Shown here in pieces: positions 19,913 through 28,622 of a DNA stretch of 64,000 bases. The DNA comes from Nitrospirales bacterium (GTDB lineage Bacteria; Nitrospirota; Nitrospiria; Nitrospirales; UBA8639). The first letter of the stretch is position 1, and every line of letters begins with the position of its first letter. A program made the position numbers and the translations under genes. The notes beneath the pieces were generated by a model. The model had not been told where the DNA came from. It made no database searches and saw only the letters and a list, made by a program, of their open reading frames with translations. The DNA is taken from positions 1,504,001 through 1,568,000 of the forward strand of contig OY729426.1 in the NCBI GenBank assembly GCA_963422365.1. The letters are read 5' to 3'.

Positions 19913-20572
19913 TTACGGTGTGGTTTGCTTCAGTAGGTGCGGATAGTTCTTCTCAACTTCTTTATGAATCTGAGGATCGAGGATAGCTTGAAAAAGCGTC
20001 TTCGCCTTTCCGAGGTAACCCACGGATAGATTCTTTGCGCTCTGTAAATTGGCGCCTTGCAACATGGTTCCGGTAAGAGAGGTATCTTGGAGGTTGGCTT
20101 CTGACAAATCTGATTCCGTGAGATTGGCTTCTCGCAGGTCAGCCATTTTCAAGTTGGCTTGTACTAATTGGCACCTCTGTAAATTTCCCCAAGGCAGTGA
20201 GGCGCGCGTCAGGTTGGCTTTGGTCAAATTCGCACCTGTGAGATCCGCGCGGATCAGTCCCGTTCCACTGAAGTCCACCATAACAAGCGTCGCGTTGGTG
20301 AGGGTGGACTTCAGCAAATTGGCCTCGATGATGTCCGCTTCCGTGAGATTGGCTTCGGTTAAATTGGCTTCTTCTAAGTTGGTTTGGAATAAGTAGGCAT
20401 CAGACAAATCTGCCCTCGTCAGGTCGCACTTGGTGAAATCCATTCTTGTGAAATCATAACCCGACAGGTCTGCTTCTCGGAGGTCGGGTCGCACGGTTGG
20501 TTGGGTTCGTCGAAATTTATTCCAGACTTCCAACCCTTGGTGTAACAGCTGAAGATGGTCTTGATTAGGCAT
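19913..20572 (-). CDS. Pentapeptide repeat protein
   Basis: Tandem A(D/N)Lxx repeats. Confidence 0.92.
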   Translation of the reverse strand: MPNQDHLQLLHQGLEVWNKFRRTQPTVRPDLREADLSGYDFTRMDFTKCDLTRADLSDAYLFQTNLEEANLTEANLTEADIIEANLLKSTLTNATLVMVDFSGTGLIRADLTGANLTKANLTRASLPWGNLQRCQLVQANLKMADLREANLTESDLSEANLQDTSLTGTMLQGANLQSAKNLSVGYLGKAKTLFQAILDPQIHKEVEKNYPHLLKQTTP

Positions 20573-20648
20573 GAGAATAGGAAGCCGCTTGGCAGAGAGA
20601 GCAAGAAGAGGCCACGGCAGGGTTGGCCGGAGAGAGAGTAAAGGCCCT

Positions 20649-21509
20649 TCAGCGTTTTTTGAGGAATTGCAAAAATTCGGAGTCAGGGCTCAGAACCATG
20701 GTCGTGTTTTTGGAGGAGAATGTTTTCCGGTAGGCTTCCATGGAACGAACAAATTCAAAGAATTGAGGATCTTGGCGATACGCCTCAGCATAAATCTTAA
20801 AGGCTTTTGCATCACCTTCACCTCGAATTTCCTGGGAAGTTTTGTAGGCTTGGGCTAAGAGAATTTCTCGGTCCTTTTCGGCTTCCGATCGAATTTTCTG
20901 GGCTTCTTCAGCGCCTTCGGCTTTGTATTGTTTGGCGATCCGTTCCCGTTCGGCTTGCATCCGATCAAACACGGCCTTGGCATTTTGCTCAGGAAGATCC
21001 GCACGTTTGATTCGGACGTCTAAGACTTCCAAGCCGTATTTCGAGGCTTTTTGATTCGCGCGTTTTGCGACCTCGGACATGATCAATAAACGATTCGCGG
21101 AGACAATTTCCGAAAGCTCGTGGCGACCTAGTTCCACGCGAAGCTCGGAATAGATGATATCGTCTAACCGTTGAAGTGCACCCCGTTGTGTTTGGAACGC
21201 CTTGTAGACTTTCAGTGGATCGATAATTTTCCATTTGGCGAAATTGTCGATCAGAATGGTCTTTTTGTCTTGGGTAATGACTTCGCGAGCGGCAACGTCA
21301 TAATCTAGAAGTCGCTTGTCGAAGTACCGTACTTCCTGAACAAAGGGAACTTTGAATTTGAGCCCAGGCTCTGTCACGGTTCGCTGGGGTTTCCCGAGTT
21401 GGACCACAATGGCCGTTTGGGTTAAATCAAGAATGAAGAACGGAGAGGCCCCCAACATCACGAGCAGAACAACGACGACGACGATACCGATAAGAAGGTT
21501 TTGTTTCAT
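20649..21509 (-). CDS. hflC: FtsH modulator HflC
   Basis: N-terminal TM, SPFH domain, DVRIKRADLP, RMQAER, FFEFVRSMEAY. Confidence 0.93.
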   Translation of the reverse strand: MKQNLLIGIVVVVVLLVMLGASPFFILDLTQTAIVVQLGKPQRTVTEPGLKFKVPFVQEVRYFDKRLLDYDVAAREVITQDKKTILIDNFAKWKIIDPLKVYKAFQTQRGALQRLDDIIYSELRVELGRHELSEIVSANRLLIMSEVAKRANQKASKYGLEVLDVRIKRADLPEQNAKAVFDRMQAERERIAKQYKAEGAEEAQKIRSEAEKDREILLAQAYKTSQEIRGEGDAKAFKIYAEAYRQDPQFFEFVRSMEAYRKTFSSKNTTMVLSPDSEFLQFLKKR

Positions 21510-22546
21510 TAGGGGGTAGCCTGTGGGTTTCGGTCGGGCCGTTTTTGTAACCGATCCAAAGGCAGGTACGGCAATATACGACCAGCGGTTGTTGAATCGA
21601 GAACAATCTTGTCGACTCCAGAGAGGACTTCTTCCATGGTTTCGATATACAGCCGCTTTCCAATGACGTCTTTGGCTTTTTTGTATTCTGCCAATGTTTG
21701 CAAAAAGTGATTGGCTTCACCTTCAGACCTAGAGATTCTGGCCTGGGCATATCCTTTGGCTTGGTTGACATCTTGTGCGGCTTGCCCTTTGGCTTTCGGA
21801 ATGATGTCGTTCCGATACCCATGGGCTTGGTTAATAAGCTGCTCCCGTTCTTCCTTGGCACTGGCGACATCTTTAAAGAATTTGGCCACTTTCTGGGGCG
21901 GATTGACATCAAGCAATTGTACAGTGGCAATCTGTATGCCACCGTCATACTCATCGACGATGGTTTGCAGTAATTCTTGTGTGGCCTGTTGGATCGCGGC
22001 TTTACCTACGGTCAACGCCTCATCGATTTTATTTTTGCCGATAATTTCCCGCATCGCGGCCTCTGCTGATTTCTGTATGGTTCCTTCAATCTCCGCCACA
22101 TTGAACAGGTAGTCTTTAGCATTGCTGATTTTGTATTGGACAATGAATTCGACGGAGAGAATGTTCATGTCTCCGGTCAGCATGAGGGCTTCTTGCGGGA
22201 CGATTTGAGCCCTCCCCCGGACATTGGTGCGAAACCCGACCTCGATACGGTGGAGTTTTTCAACCTTCGGCGTGACGACGGTCTCAATAAATGGCAATTT
22301 GAGGTGGGGCCCTGGTTCAACAGTCCGAACCACATCACCGAACCGCTTGACGAGCCCTTCTTCATCAGGCTCGACTTTGAAGACTGCTTGAGAGAGCACC
22401 AGAAGGCCCGCGACGATCAGGATGATGGACTTCATTCCACGCGTCGGCTTCATACGTTGCCATTGCTCTTTGGCTTTATTGAGGACGTCATCAAGAGGAT
22501 CAGCCCCTCCTTGCTGACCCCATGGATCTTTTGGTTCCCAAGGCAT
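21509..22546 (-). CDS. hflK: FtsH modulator HflK
   Basis: DPWG N-terminus, MLTGD.N, AF.DV..A, RLYIETME; TAATG coupling to hflC. Confidence 0.93.
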   Translation of the reverse strand: MPWEPKDPWGQQGGADPLDDVLNKAKEQWQRMKPTRGMKSIILIVAGLLVLSQAVFKVEPDEEGLVKRFGDVVRTVEPGPHLKLPFIETVVTPKVEKLHRIEVGFRTNVRGRAQIVPQEALMLTGDMNILSVEFIVQYKISNAKDYLFNVAEIEGTIQKSAEAAMREIIGKNKIDEALTVGKAAIQQATQELLQTIVDEYDGGIQIATVQLLDVNPPQKVAKFFKDVASAKEEREQLINQAHGYRNDIIPKAKGQAAQDVNQAKGYAQARISRSEGEANHFLQTLAEYKKAKDVIGKRLYIETMEEVLSGVDKIVLDSTTAGRILPYLPLDRLQKRPDRNPQATP

Positions 22547-22913
22547 ACGGTTTTCTCAATACCAGATATGGGTGATGGATAACCTGTTAGTCATATTTTG
22601 TCACGTTAGCAGAAAATCAGAAGTTAGGCAACTTCTTATCACATTTTGATGGCCAACTGTCTCGATCGCTTTCGTTTTTAAGTGCAGGGCGGATTCGACA
22701 TGGGCGTTTCATCTGAGACCTACAGCCCCAAACGCGATGGATGGATGCCTTTGGTCTTTTGGTCATTTCCGTTGAAACAGGCTTTCAGCAGCTGACTGAA
22801 AAAGCATTGAGTGGAATCAGTCGGTTGTGTGTCCTTCGTTTGGGCCCCAACTCTGCCGGAAACACAAAATGTGGACCGAGGTCCCTCGCCTCCAGGATGC
22901 GTGTGCAGGCCGG

Positions 22914-23298
22914 TCAGTCGCACCACCCATCGCACTTGCCACCGTCATAGGCCCACCCATGCCAGCCGCGAGCGGGCAGCCGTCGAGGCCGATATCCTCC
23001 ACCATGTGCCACCCCACTTGCCCCAGGCAGGGTCACGGATGACGATTGAACGGGCGTCCGAAATAGCCGTCCGCGTGAATGCGTTCGCCGCCATCCCGGC
23101 CTCCCGCTCCACCGCGTACTTCGCCAGGCGGTCTTTCTCCAGTATGTCCACGCCCAGCAGACGCACCTTCAGCCGTGTCAGTTCCGGTGGCATATCCGCC
23201 GATGCGTTCACCGCCACCGTGTCTCCATCTATCACCTGCACCACAGGCCAGGCATAATCGGCAGCCTAGACCGAGACGGCGGCGATTAGCGCCCGCAC
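22914..23298 (-). pseudogene. Thermonuclease (SNase-like) pseudogene
   Basis: MRALIAAVSV*AADYAWPVVQVIDGDTV...VRLLGVD..E...WGKWGG, then frameshift, ...HGWAYDGGKCDGWCD*; in-frame TAG at 23266-23268. Confidence 0.75.
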
Positions 23299-23838
23299 TC
23301 GACACAACTAATCGTATAATCGCATCCTAGATTCCAGCATCCTGCGTTCCAGTATGTCGCACGTGCCACACCGACTGTCATGCCGCCAAAACCATTTCTC
23401 GACCGATATTTCATGACGGCGCCGTGTGTCCCGCTTGCCGAAACCGACGTTACTTGGGTTTCAATGCGTTCAAAGCCTTCTTCCTCAAACCGGCCATGGA
23501 GATCTGACGACCATTGCATGAGATCGCGTTCAGGGAAGCCGCGCAGGAAACAGCGGGTTTCTTTTTTCGAAACCGGAAATGGGGCTGGTTGTGATGGATA
23601 TGCACAAAGCCGGGGCAGGCAGTTTGCCGGGGCGCCCGCTTGGACTGCCGGGCAGCCAGAATCGGGGATAGCTGCCCGCTGCCGCGGAGTCGTGTGGCAC
23701 GTAGGGGAGATAGCCTGCGACATCGCAGCGGTCAGCGGAGGGTCTTATGCGTGCATGCACCACGATACCGTCCCCGTCGGTCTCGACGGAGCTGGCAAAT
23801 CCGTCGGGGCGTTCGACAAGTTCGATACAATCGGTCAA
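23286..23838 (-). pseudogene. Fragmented hypothetical passenger gene(s)
   Basis: Overlapping minus-strand ORFs; protein-like segment FERIETQVT...YRSRNGFGGM. Confidence 0.35.
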
Positions 23839-24232
23839 TGGACCATCCCGATCATCGCATGCTCGGACCCTGCAACTGGCGCTGGGTCGTTGAACGCGCC
23901 GCCGACTGGATCACCATCGCCAGTCTCCGTCTCCTCACGAGACGCCTCGCAAGAGCCTGAAATCAAACGGAGTTTCTTCAGTCAGCCTCTCAGAGGGTGA
24001 GAGGAAAGGGAATTTTTTCTTGAATATTCAACCAACGACGACTACAATAAATGTCCTTTCAGCGATATTTTTCTTTACGATGCCCAAGAATCATATTTCT
24101 AAGGTAGTTTTGCGCTTTCAAGTATCTGCTTAGGCGTTCTTGGGTGAGTGCGTTACAACCCTGCCTTATTAGGTTATCATGGCTGAGGAATTCAGGAGGG
24201 AGTCTTTCTCTGTCTGACGAAGGGGGCATTCT

Positions 24233-26287
24233 GTGAATACTGAGAGCTCGGTGATTATCTTTGCGTTAGTGTCTGGCGTCGTGGGTATTGCCTATGGGGT
24301 GTATCTCACCTTTTGGGTCCTTCGACAACATGCTGGAAACGAGACCATGCAAACCATTGCGTTAGCGATCCAGGAAGGCGCCTCTGCCTACTTGAATCGA
24401 CAGTATCGGACCGTTGGTGTTGTGGCAGGCATCATGTTTCTGATTTTGTGGCTTGCAGGGATGTGGTCGGAGAATTTTGGTTTGTTGACGGCAATGGGGT
24501 TTGTGGTGGGAGCCTCAGCCTCTGCACTCGCCGGGTATGTCGGCATGGTGATCGCCGTGCGGGCCAATGTTCGGACGGCGCAGGCGGCCTCACACGGGCT
24601 GGATCCGGCCCTGCAGGTTGCCTTTAAAGGTGGAGCGGTCACCGGTCTGCTTCTTATTGGGTTAGGACTGGTGGCGCTGGCTGGCTTTTATGCCATCGGT
24701 TCTACGGTTGCAGGGCAGGAAAAAGCCGTTCATGCCCTCATCAGCCTTGGGTTTGGAGGCAGCCTCATTTCGGTCTTTGCCCGCGTTGGGGGAGGCATTT
24801 ACACAAAGGCTGCTGACGTGGGAGCCGACCTCGTTGGAAAAGTTGAAGCCGGTATTCCTGAAGACGATCCTCGTAACCCCGCGGTGATTGCGGACAACGT
24901 GGGTGATAATGTGGGTGACTGTGCCGGCATGGCGGCCGATCTTTTTGAGACCTATGTCGTGACGATTGTCGCTGCAATGGTCTTGGCCATGAGTCTCTTC
25001 CCTGGAACCGTTGCCCCCGTGCTGTATCCCTTGGCCCTTGGCGGGTTGACCGTCTTTGCGACCATTATCGGGATATTCTTTGTGAAGGCCAGTGAGGGCG
25101 CGAGCATTATGTCGGCCTTGTACAAAGGGCTGTTTGTCAGTGGAGGTCTTGCCGCCGTGGCCTTCTTTCCTGTGACGGCCAGCATGATGGACGGCGTGGG
25201 GGGGGTATCGGGAATCAGTTATTTCATTGCGGCATTGCTGGGGCTTGTGGTGACGTTGGCTCTCGTGTTTATCACCGATTATTTTACGGCCACTGCCTAT
25301 TCGCCGGTTCAAGAAGTGGTCAAGGCGAGTGAAACCGGACATGCGACGAATATCATCGCTGGTTTAGCCGTGGGCATGCAGTCGACCGCATGGCCCGTGA
25401 TCGTCATTGTCGCGGCGATTCTCTTGAGTTTTGGTATTTGCGGCGGCGCCGAAGGAGGTGGGCTGTACGGGGTCGCGGTGGCGGCGGTGGCCATGTTGTC
25501 GATGGCAGGAATCGTGGTGGCGATTGATGCGTTTGGTCCGGTGACGGATAACGCAGGCGGTATTGCGGAAATGTCTCACTTGGGTCCGGAGGTTCGAAAA
25601 ATCACGGATGCGCTCGATGCCGTCGGTAATACCACAAAGGCGGTCACCAAGGGCTATGCCATTGGCTCAGCCGCGTTGGCGGCCTTGGTGTTGTTTGCAG
25701 AATATGCTCGAGAGGCTCGGGCTGGCGACTCAAGCATTACTTTTGGTCTTGCCGATCCCAGTATCTTGGTGGGTTTATTTATCGGCGGGATGCTTCCGTT
25801 TATCTTTAGTGCGCTGTGTTTGAAAGCCGTTGGTCAAGCCGGTGGCTTGGTTGTGGAAGAAGTACGTCGGCAATTCCGTGAGATCTCGGGGATTATGGAG
25901 GGAACACGGAAACCGGAATATGGCACGTGTGTCGATATCGTGACCCAAGCCGCCCTTCAAAGAATGCTTGTTCCCGGAATGATCCCTGTCCTTTCTCCTC
26001 TTTTGGTCGGCGTGATTTTAGGTCCGGCGGCCTTAGGAGGCGTGTTGGTAGGCAGTATTGTGACGGGTCTATTTTTGGCCATTACCATGACAAGTGGAGG
26101 CGGAGCCTGGGATAATGCCAAAAAATACATTGAGGAACAGGGACGCAAAGGGACCGAAACTCACAAGGCGGCGGTGACGGGCGACACTGTCGGTGATCCT
26201 TTCAAAGATACCGCCGGCCCAGCGATTAACCCGATGATTAAAGTCATCAACATCGTGTCCTTGCTCATCATTTCCTTTATTGTGTAG
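24233..26287 (+). CDS. hppA: Membrane H+-translocating pyrophosphatase, predicted K+-independent
   Basis: [34 protein letters not shown] (Lys form), [20 protein letters not shown]. Confidence 0.95.
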   Translation: MNTESSVIIFALVSGVVGIAYGVYLTFWVLRQHAGNETMQTIALAIQEGASAYLNRQYRTVGVVAGIMFLILWLAGMWSENFGLLTAMGFVVGASASALAGYVGMVIAVRANVRTAQAASHGLDPALQVAFKGGAVTGLLLIGLGLVALAGFYAIGSTVAGQEKAVHALISLGFGGSLISVFARVGGGIYTKAADVGADLVGKVEAGIPEDDPRNPAVIADNVGDNVGDCAGMAADLFETYVVTIVAAMVLAMSLFPGTVAPVLYPLALGGLTVFATIIGIFFVKASEGASIMSALYKGLFVSGGLAAVAFFPVTASMMDGVGGVSGISYFIAALLGLVVTLALVFITDYFTATAYSPVQEVVKASETGHATNIIAGLAVGMQSTAWPVIVIVAAILLSFGICGGAEGGGLYGVAVAAVAMLSMAGIVVAIDAFGPVTDNAGGIAEMSHLGPEVRKITDALDAVGNTTKAVTKGYAIGSAALAALVLFAEYAREARAGDSSITFGLADPSILVGLFIGGMLPFIFSALCLKAVGQAGGLVVEEVRRQFREISGIMEGTRKPEYGTCVDIVTQAALQRMLVPGMIPVLSPLLVGVILGPAALGGVLVGSIVTGLFLAITMTSGGGAWDNAKKYIEEQGRKGTETHKAAVTGDTVGDPFKDTAGPAINPMIKVINIVSLLIISFIV

Positions 26288-26410
26288 AGCCGCATCCCGG
26301 TTCACGGCCCGGGACATGCCTCATGCGGCCAAGAAGACGGCGGGATAAGATCCCGGAGCTACAATAAGGTGAGGCATCAACTATTCTTGATAATCCCAGA
26401 GTGGCTTGTC

Positions 26411-26439
26411 TTGACCCCTTCAAGAGGCTAGGCTATCCT
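26411..26439 (+). promoter_or_regulatory. sigma70-like promoter of pup
   Basis: TTGACC-N17-TATCCT. Confidence 0.6.
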
Positions 26440-26492
26440 AAGCATGGCGTGCGCGAAAATCTTGTTCTCTTCGAGAACAGGGAGGTGGAACC

Positions 26493-26696
26493 ATGGAAAG
26501 GCAGGAACGGAAGTCTGAGGCAGCAAAAATTTCCTCCGTCCATGATGATCAGGAAGTCAAACCGAATCCTAACGTCCTTGAAACAGGCAAGAAGCTTCAA
26601 GAGGACATTGATCATTTAGTCGATGAAATCGATGAGGTTCTAGAAGAAAACGCCGCCGAGTTTGTAAAGAATTACGTGCAAAAAGGGGGAGAGTAA
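26493..26696 (+). CDS. pup: Prokaryotic ubiquitin-like protein Pup
   Basis: DHLVDEIDEVLEENAAEFVKNYVQKGGE matches the Pup C-terminal signature; GGGAGG RBS. Confidence 0.9.
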   Translation: MERQERKSEAAKISSVHDDQEVKPNPNVLETGKKLQEDIDHLVDEIDEVLEENAAEFVKNYVQKGGE

Positions 26697-26718
26697 CTCC
26701 TCTTTCTTCTTTTTTTTA
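26684..26718 (+). terminator. Weak intrinsic terminator after pup
   Basis: GGGGAG-agtaa-CTCCTC hairpin followed by a long T-rich tract. Confidence 0.4.
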
Positions 26719-26892
26719 CCGCCATCCATTCTTTCTTTTTTTGGTTTCACCAAAAGAGTGTGGCTTCGAGACGGGCCAGCGGCAAGTCTGGTGTTCCGGG
26801 TTTACACTCGGCCGTTCTGTTTGACACTCTTCCGAGCAATTCCTATGATCCCTTCTGTTCACCGTTCTCGCGACACACATGGATCTCTGCAT

Positions 26893-28593
26893 ATGGCGAT
26901 GCTCCCCAAAAAATGGCTGGTGCGTTCGATTGATCAGAAGCAGGTCGATGCTCTGGCCAGGACTCTTGGTCTCTCACCCATTACGGCAACGGTCTTGTGT
27001 GGAAGAGGCGTTGTCGAGCCTGATCAGGCCAAAACCTGGCTCTCATCCCTCGGAGGCTCGACCCATGATCCGTTTGCCCTGCCTGATATGGAACGGGCCA
27101 TTGATCGTCTTGATCTGGCAATCCAACGAGGTGAGCAGATCTGCTTTTACGGAGACTATGACGTTGACGGCATGTCGGCCACGAGCCTTCACTTACTTTT
27201 TTGGCGACATGTCGGTGCCAAAGCGGAAGTCTATATTCCTCACCGACAAGAGGAAGGGTATGGTCTTCATGAAGGGGCAATTCGGAAATTAGCCCATGCC
27301 GGCGTGTCCTTGTTGCTCACGGCGGATTGTGGAACCACCTCGCACCAGGAGATCGAGGGGGCTCGTCGCTTGGGCATGGACGTCATTGTGACCGATCATC
27401 ATCAACTTCAATCTCCAATGCCGGAGACGGTTGCGTTGATCAATCCGTACCGCCCGGATTCAGCCTATCCTTTCCAAGGATTATGTTCCGGCGGTTTGGC
27501 CTACAAGGTGGTGGAAGCCTACGCACAAAAGTATGGAGCCGCAGACGTGTCGGTCGAGATGTTTCGCGATCTGGTGGCGTTGTCTTCCATCGCCGATTTG
27601 GTTCCGCTCCGTGATGAAAACCGAGTCCTGGTGCGGGATGGGCTGGCTCAGGTGTCTCAGGGGACACGATGTGGGATCCGAGCGCTGACACAAGGCCTGG
27701 GTCTGACCGGGGCGTGTTCGGCCGGCACGATTGGGTTTGGTGTGGCTCCGCGTCTCAACGCGGCTGGACGATTAGCCCATGCCGATCTGGGCGTCAGGTT
27801 GCTCACGACAGATTCCGAATCCGTGGCCTTTGAACTTGCGCAACAGTTGGAGCAACTGAACCGTCAACGGCGACAGATTGAAGAAGAGATGACTCGAGAG
27901 GCGATCACGCAGGTGGAAGCCGGTGACCCGCCACACGCGATTGTGGTGGCAGCAGAAGGGTGGCATAGTGGCGTGATCGGCATTGTCGCGGCGCGGTTGG
28001 TGGAACGATATCACCGTCCTGCGGTCGTGGTGGCGTTTGATCGGCACGGTACAGGCAAAGGGTCGGTCAGAAGCATTGCCGGCTTCGACGTATGTCAAGC
28101 CTTGAAGAAATGTCAACAGAACTTAGTGGCCTTTGGTGGGCACCCGATGGCAGCTGGCCTCACGGTCAGACACGAAGCTTTTTCTGATTTCAGGCGCGGA
28201 TTTTGTGAAGTCGTCGATGGATTAATGGATACGACACTGCAGGTTCCCACTCTGGACGTGGATGCGGCTATTGCGCTTTCTGACGTGCAATTGCCCCTTC
28301 TCCGGGAATTAGAACAACTGCAACCTTTCGGGATGGGCAATCCTGAGCCGACTTTTATGAGTCACGGGCTTTCGGTGCTGGAGAAGAGAGTGGTAGGGGA
28401 TAATCATCTGAAATTGGTTGTTCGTCAGAACCACTCTGTCCCCATGGACAGTATCGGGTTTCGGATGGGAGGACTGGCGAAAGCCCTTGACGGGGGAAAC
28501 GGACGAATTGACGCGGTGTTTAGTCCGGAGTTGAATCATTGGAAAGGCTTGAGCCGCATTCAACTTCGGCTGTGTGACGTGCGAGTCGGGTAA
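26893..28593 (+). CDS. recJ: ssDNA exonuclease RecJ
   Basis: YGDYDVDG, EGYG, DCG, TDHH, APRLNAAGR, GSVRS, FGGHPMAAG, PFGMGNP. Confidence 0.95.
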   Translation: MAMLPKKWLVRSIDQKQVDALARTLGLSPITATVLCGRGVVEPDQAKTWLSSLGGSTHDPFALPDMERAIDRLDLAIQRGEQICFYGDYDVDGMSATSLHLLFWRHVGAKAEVYIPHRQEEGYGLHEGAIRKLAHAGVSLLLTADCGTTSHQEIEGARRLGMDVIVTDHHQLQSPMPETVALINPYRPDSAYPFQGLCSGGLAYKVVEAYAQKYGAADVSVEMFRDLVALSSIADLVPLRDENRVLVRDGLAQVSQGTRCGIRALTQGLGLTGACSAGTIGFGVAPRLNAAGRLAHADLGVRLLTTDSESVAFELAQQLEQLNRQRRQIEEEMTREAITQVEAGDPPHAIVVAAEGWHSGVIGIVAARLVERYHRPAVVVAFDRHGTGKGSVRSIAGFDVCQALKKCQQNLVAFGGHPMAAGLTVRHEAFSDFRRGFCEVVDGLMDTTLQVPTLDVDAAIALSDVQLPLLRELEQLQPFGMGNPEPTFMSHGLSVLEKRVVGDNHLKLVVRQNHSVPMDSIGFRMGGLAKALDGGNGRIDAVFSPELNHWKGLSRIQLRLCDVRVG

Positions 28594-28622
28594 TGAGTGA
28601 ACCTCGACAGGAATGACCTCTT

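Larger units (their letters stand above)
22788..23989. mobile_element. Decayed non-autonomous IS-like cassette with passenger pseudogenes
   Basis: Terminal IRs GCAGCTGACTGAAAAAG and (rc) GAGGCTGACTGAAGAAA; TCA repeated at 22785-22787 and 23990-23992; GC-rich interior; no transposase. Confidence 0.55.

Noticed and set aside
19913..20572. Periodic 15-nt pattern as a DNA repeat array
   Set aside because: Explained by pentapeptide-repeat protein coding
22705..22780. GTTTCA...GTTGAAAC resembling a CRISPR repeat end
   Set aside because: Single occurrence, no repeat-spacer periodicity, no cas genes
23380..24000. 206-aa plus-strand ORF as the cassette's transposase
   Set aside because: No DDE or HUH motifs; it is antisense to the more protein-like minus-strand fragments
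26493..26696. UBact rather than Pup
   Set aside because: C-terminus YVQKGGE with DEIDEVLEEN matches Pup; UBact ends in R(S/T)G(E/Q)
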